From Arenicellales bacterium (GTDB taxonomy: Bacteria > Pseudomonadota > Gammaproteobacteria > Arenicellales > JAHEKD01), in the NCBI GenBank assembly GCA_965204695.1, contig OZ242007.1:296480-360479 (forward strand): 64,000 bases of DNA, in the 5' to 3' direction. Position numbers and translations under genes: made by a program. The notes beneath the pieces were generated by a model that saw nothing but the letters and a program-made list of their open reading frames with translations, searched no databases and was not told the origin of the DNA. This document shows, in pieces, positions 63,036 through 64,000 of the stretch. Each line of letters begins with the position of its first letter. Position 1 is the stretch's first letter.

Positions 63036-64000
63036 TCACAATGTCAATTTGATTTCATCTAAGGCTTTTTGAACCTTCATAACATCCGCAGTCTTATCCA
63101 AAATTTGATAAATGCCGCGACTACGAAGTAATTGCTGAATTGCTTTAGTTGGTTCATCTTCAGCATACGAAATTAATCCGAGCTGATACAAAACATCAGC
63201 AAATACGCTGTCGTCTTGGGTAGAGAGTCCGTACGCAGTAACGAACATTTCACGCGCTTGTTTGAAATTCTTGGCCATTTTATTGAGCAAACCAATTGTA
63301 AAGTAATTATTTCTCATCGATTTATGACGTGCTAGATTCTTATTTATCATTAGCGAATCAAATAATACTTTGCTGGCCCGCTCATCTTCCCCCTGAAATA
63401 AATAAATCACCCCCAACCCATAATTATTATCAGCCTGAATCGCAGTTAGATTTCCAGCGCTCTCAACTAAATCAAGTGAAATTTTATACATCTGCTCCGC
63501 CTTGCTGAAGTCTTTTTGACGCAGACATAAATCACCAAGCAACAAGTAAACATACATCCGCTGTTGTCTTATTTTAAAGGATTGATAGTTATTATCTTTT
63601 TTTGGCATATGCTGATCGAGCACGTCATGATATATTGATTCGGCATACTTATAGTCACCTTTTTGATTAACCATCATGCCCAACATTATCTGTAATTCTG
63701 TGTCAGTACTAATTAGTTCTGAGCTGCTTTCCATTAAACTTATGGCTTTGTTCACATCCTGTAAATACGTCAAGACAACGATTTCTTTAAACAATTCGAT
63801 TAGCACATAATTCGGAGCGGCTTTTTTTCTTAAATAAACTTCTTCCAAAAAAGACAATGCTTTTGAAAGATCTCGTTGATGTAAAGCATCAATAGCTTGG
63901 CTTGCTCTTAGAGCCAACCGATCATCTGTATTTGCGTTTGACTTTAACTTATTGGCAATATCTACTAGTACCGGCAAATAGAGAATTCGTTCAACAGCAG
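63036..64000 (-). CDS. TPR-repeat protein (5' end probably outside window)
   Basis: Repeated LG...Y...G....A...Y helices; the frame stays open to the window edge. Confidence 0.75.
   Translation of the reverse strand, partial: AVERILYLPVLVDIANKLKSNANTDDRLALRASQAIDALHQRDLSKALSFLEEVYLRKKAAPNYVLIELFKEIVVLTYLQDVNKAISLMESSSELISTDTELQIMLGMMVNQKGDYKYAESIYHDVLDQHMPKKDNNYQSFKIRQQRMYVYLLLGDLCLRQKDFSKAEQMYKISLDLVESAGNLTAIQADNNYGLGVIYLFQGEDERASKVLFDSLMINKNLARHKSMRNNYFTIGLLNKMAKNFKQAREMFVTAYGLSTQDDSVFADVLYQLGLISYAEDEPTKAIQQLLRSRGIYQILDKTADVMKVQKALDEIKLTL

Overview
Low-GC (~41%, estimated by eye) gammaproteobacterial chromosome segment, probably from a marine organism. Housekeeping blocks: thrC, rdgC, dapB, nfi, a permuted ccmCDEAB, rpoE-rseA-rseB with nadB, ygfZ/DUF1674-sdhCDAB-sdhE, and pyrG-kdsA-eno-ftsB. 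Catabolic clusters: a TRAP transporter with a LacI-type operator; a hydantoinase/oxoprolinase operon; and a (hydroxy)proline-betaine-type cluster with an MttB-family methyltransferase. Mobile DNA: an IS3 element, an IS66 element carrying a RidA passenger gene, several MITE/REP-like families, and a frameshifted DprE1/DprE2-like arabinosylation locus. The most notable signal occurs twice: a large secreted protein gene is followed co-directionally by a small ORF bearing a YxxPx(L/M) RiPP-leader-like motif. One is an unannotated 43-aa lasso-peptide-like precursor (2557-2688, absent from the ORF track). The other is a twin-Arg/YTPP leader plus a 10-aa Gly/Pro core fused to a self-cleaving Peptidase_S74 domain (23747-24199). 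No RiPP maturases are present in the window. All family calls are from motif recognition by eye; no searches were run.
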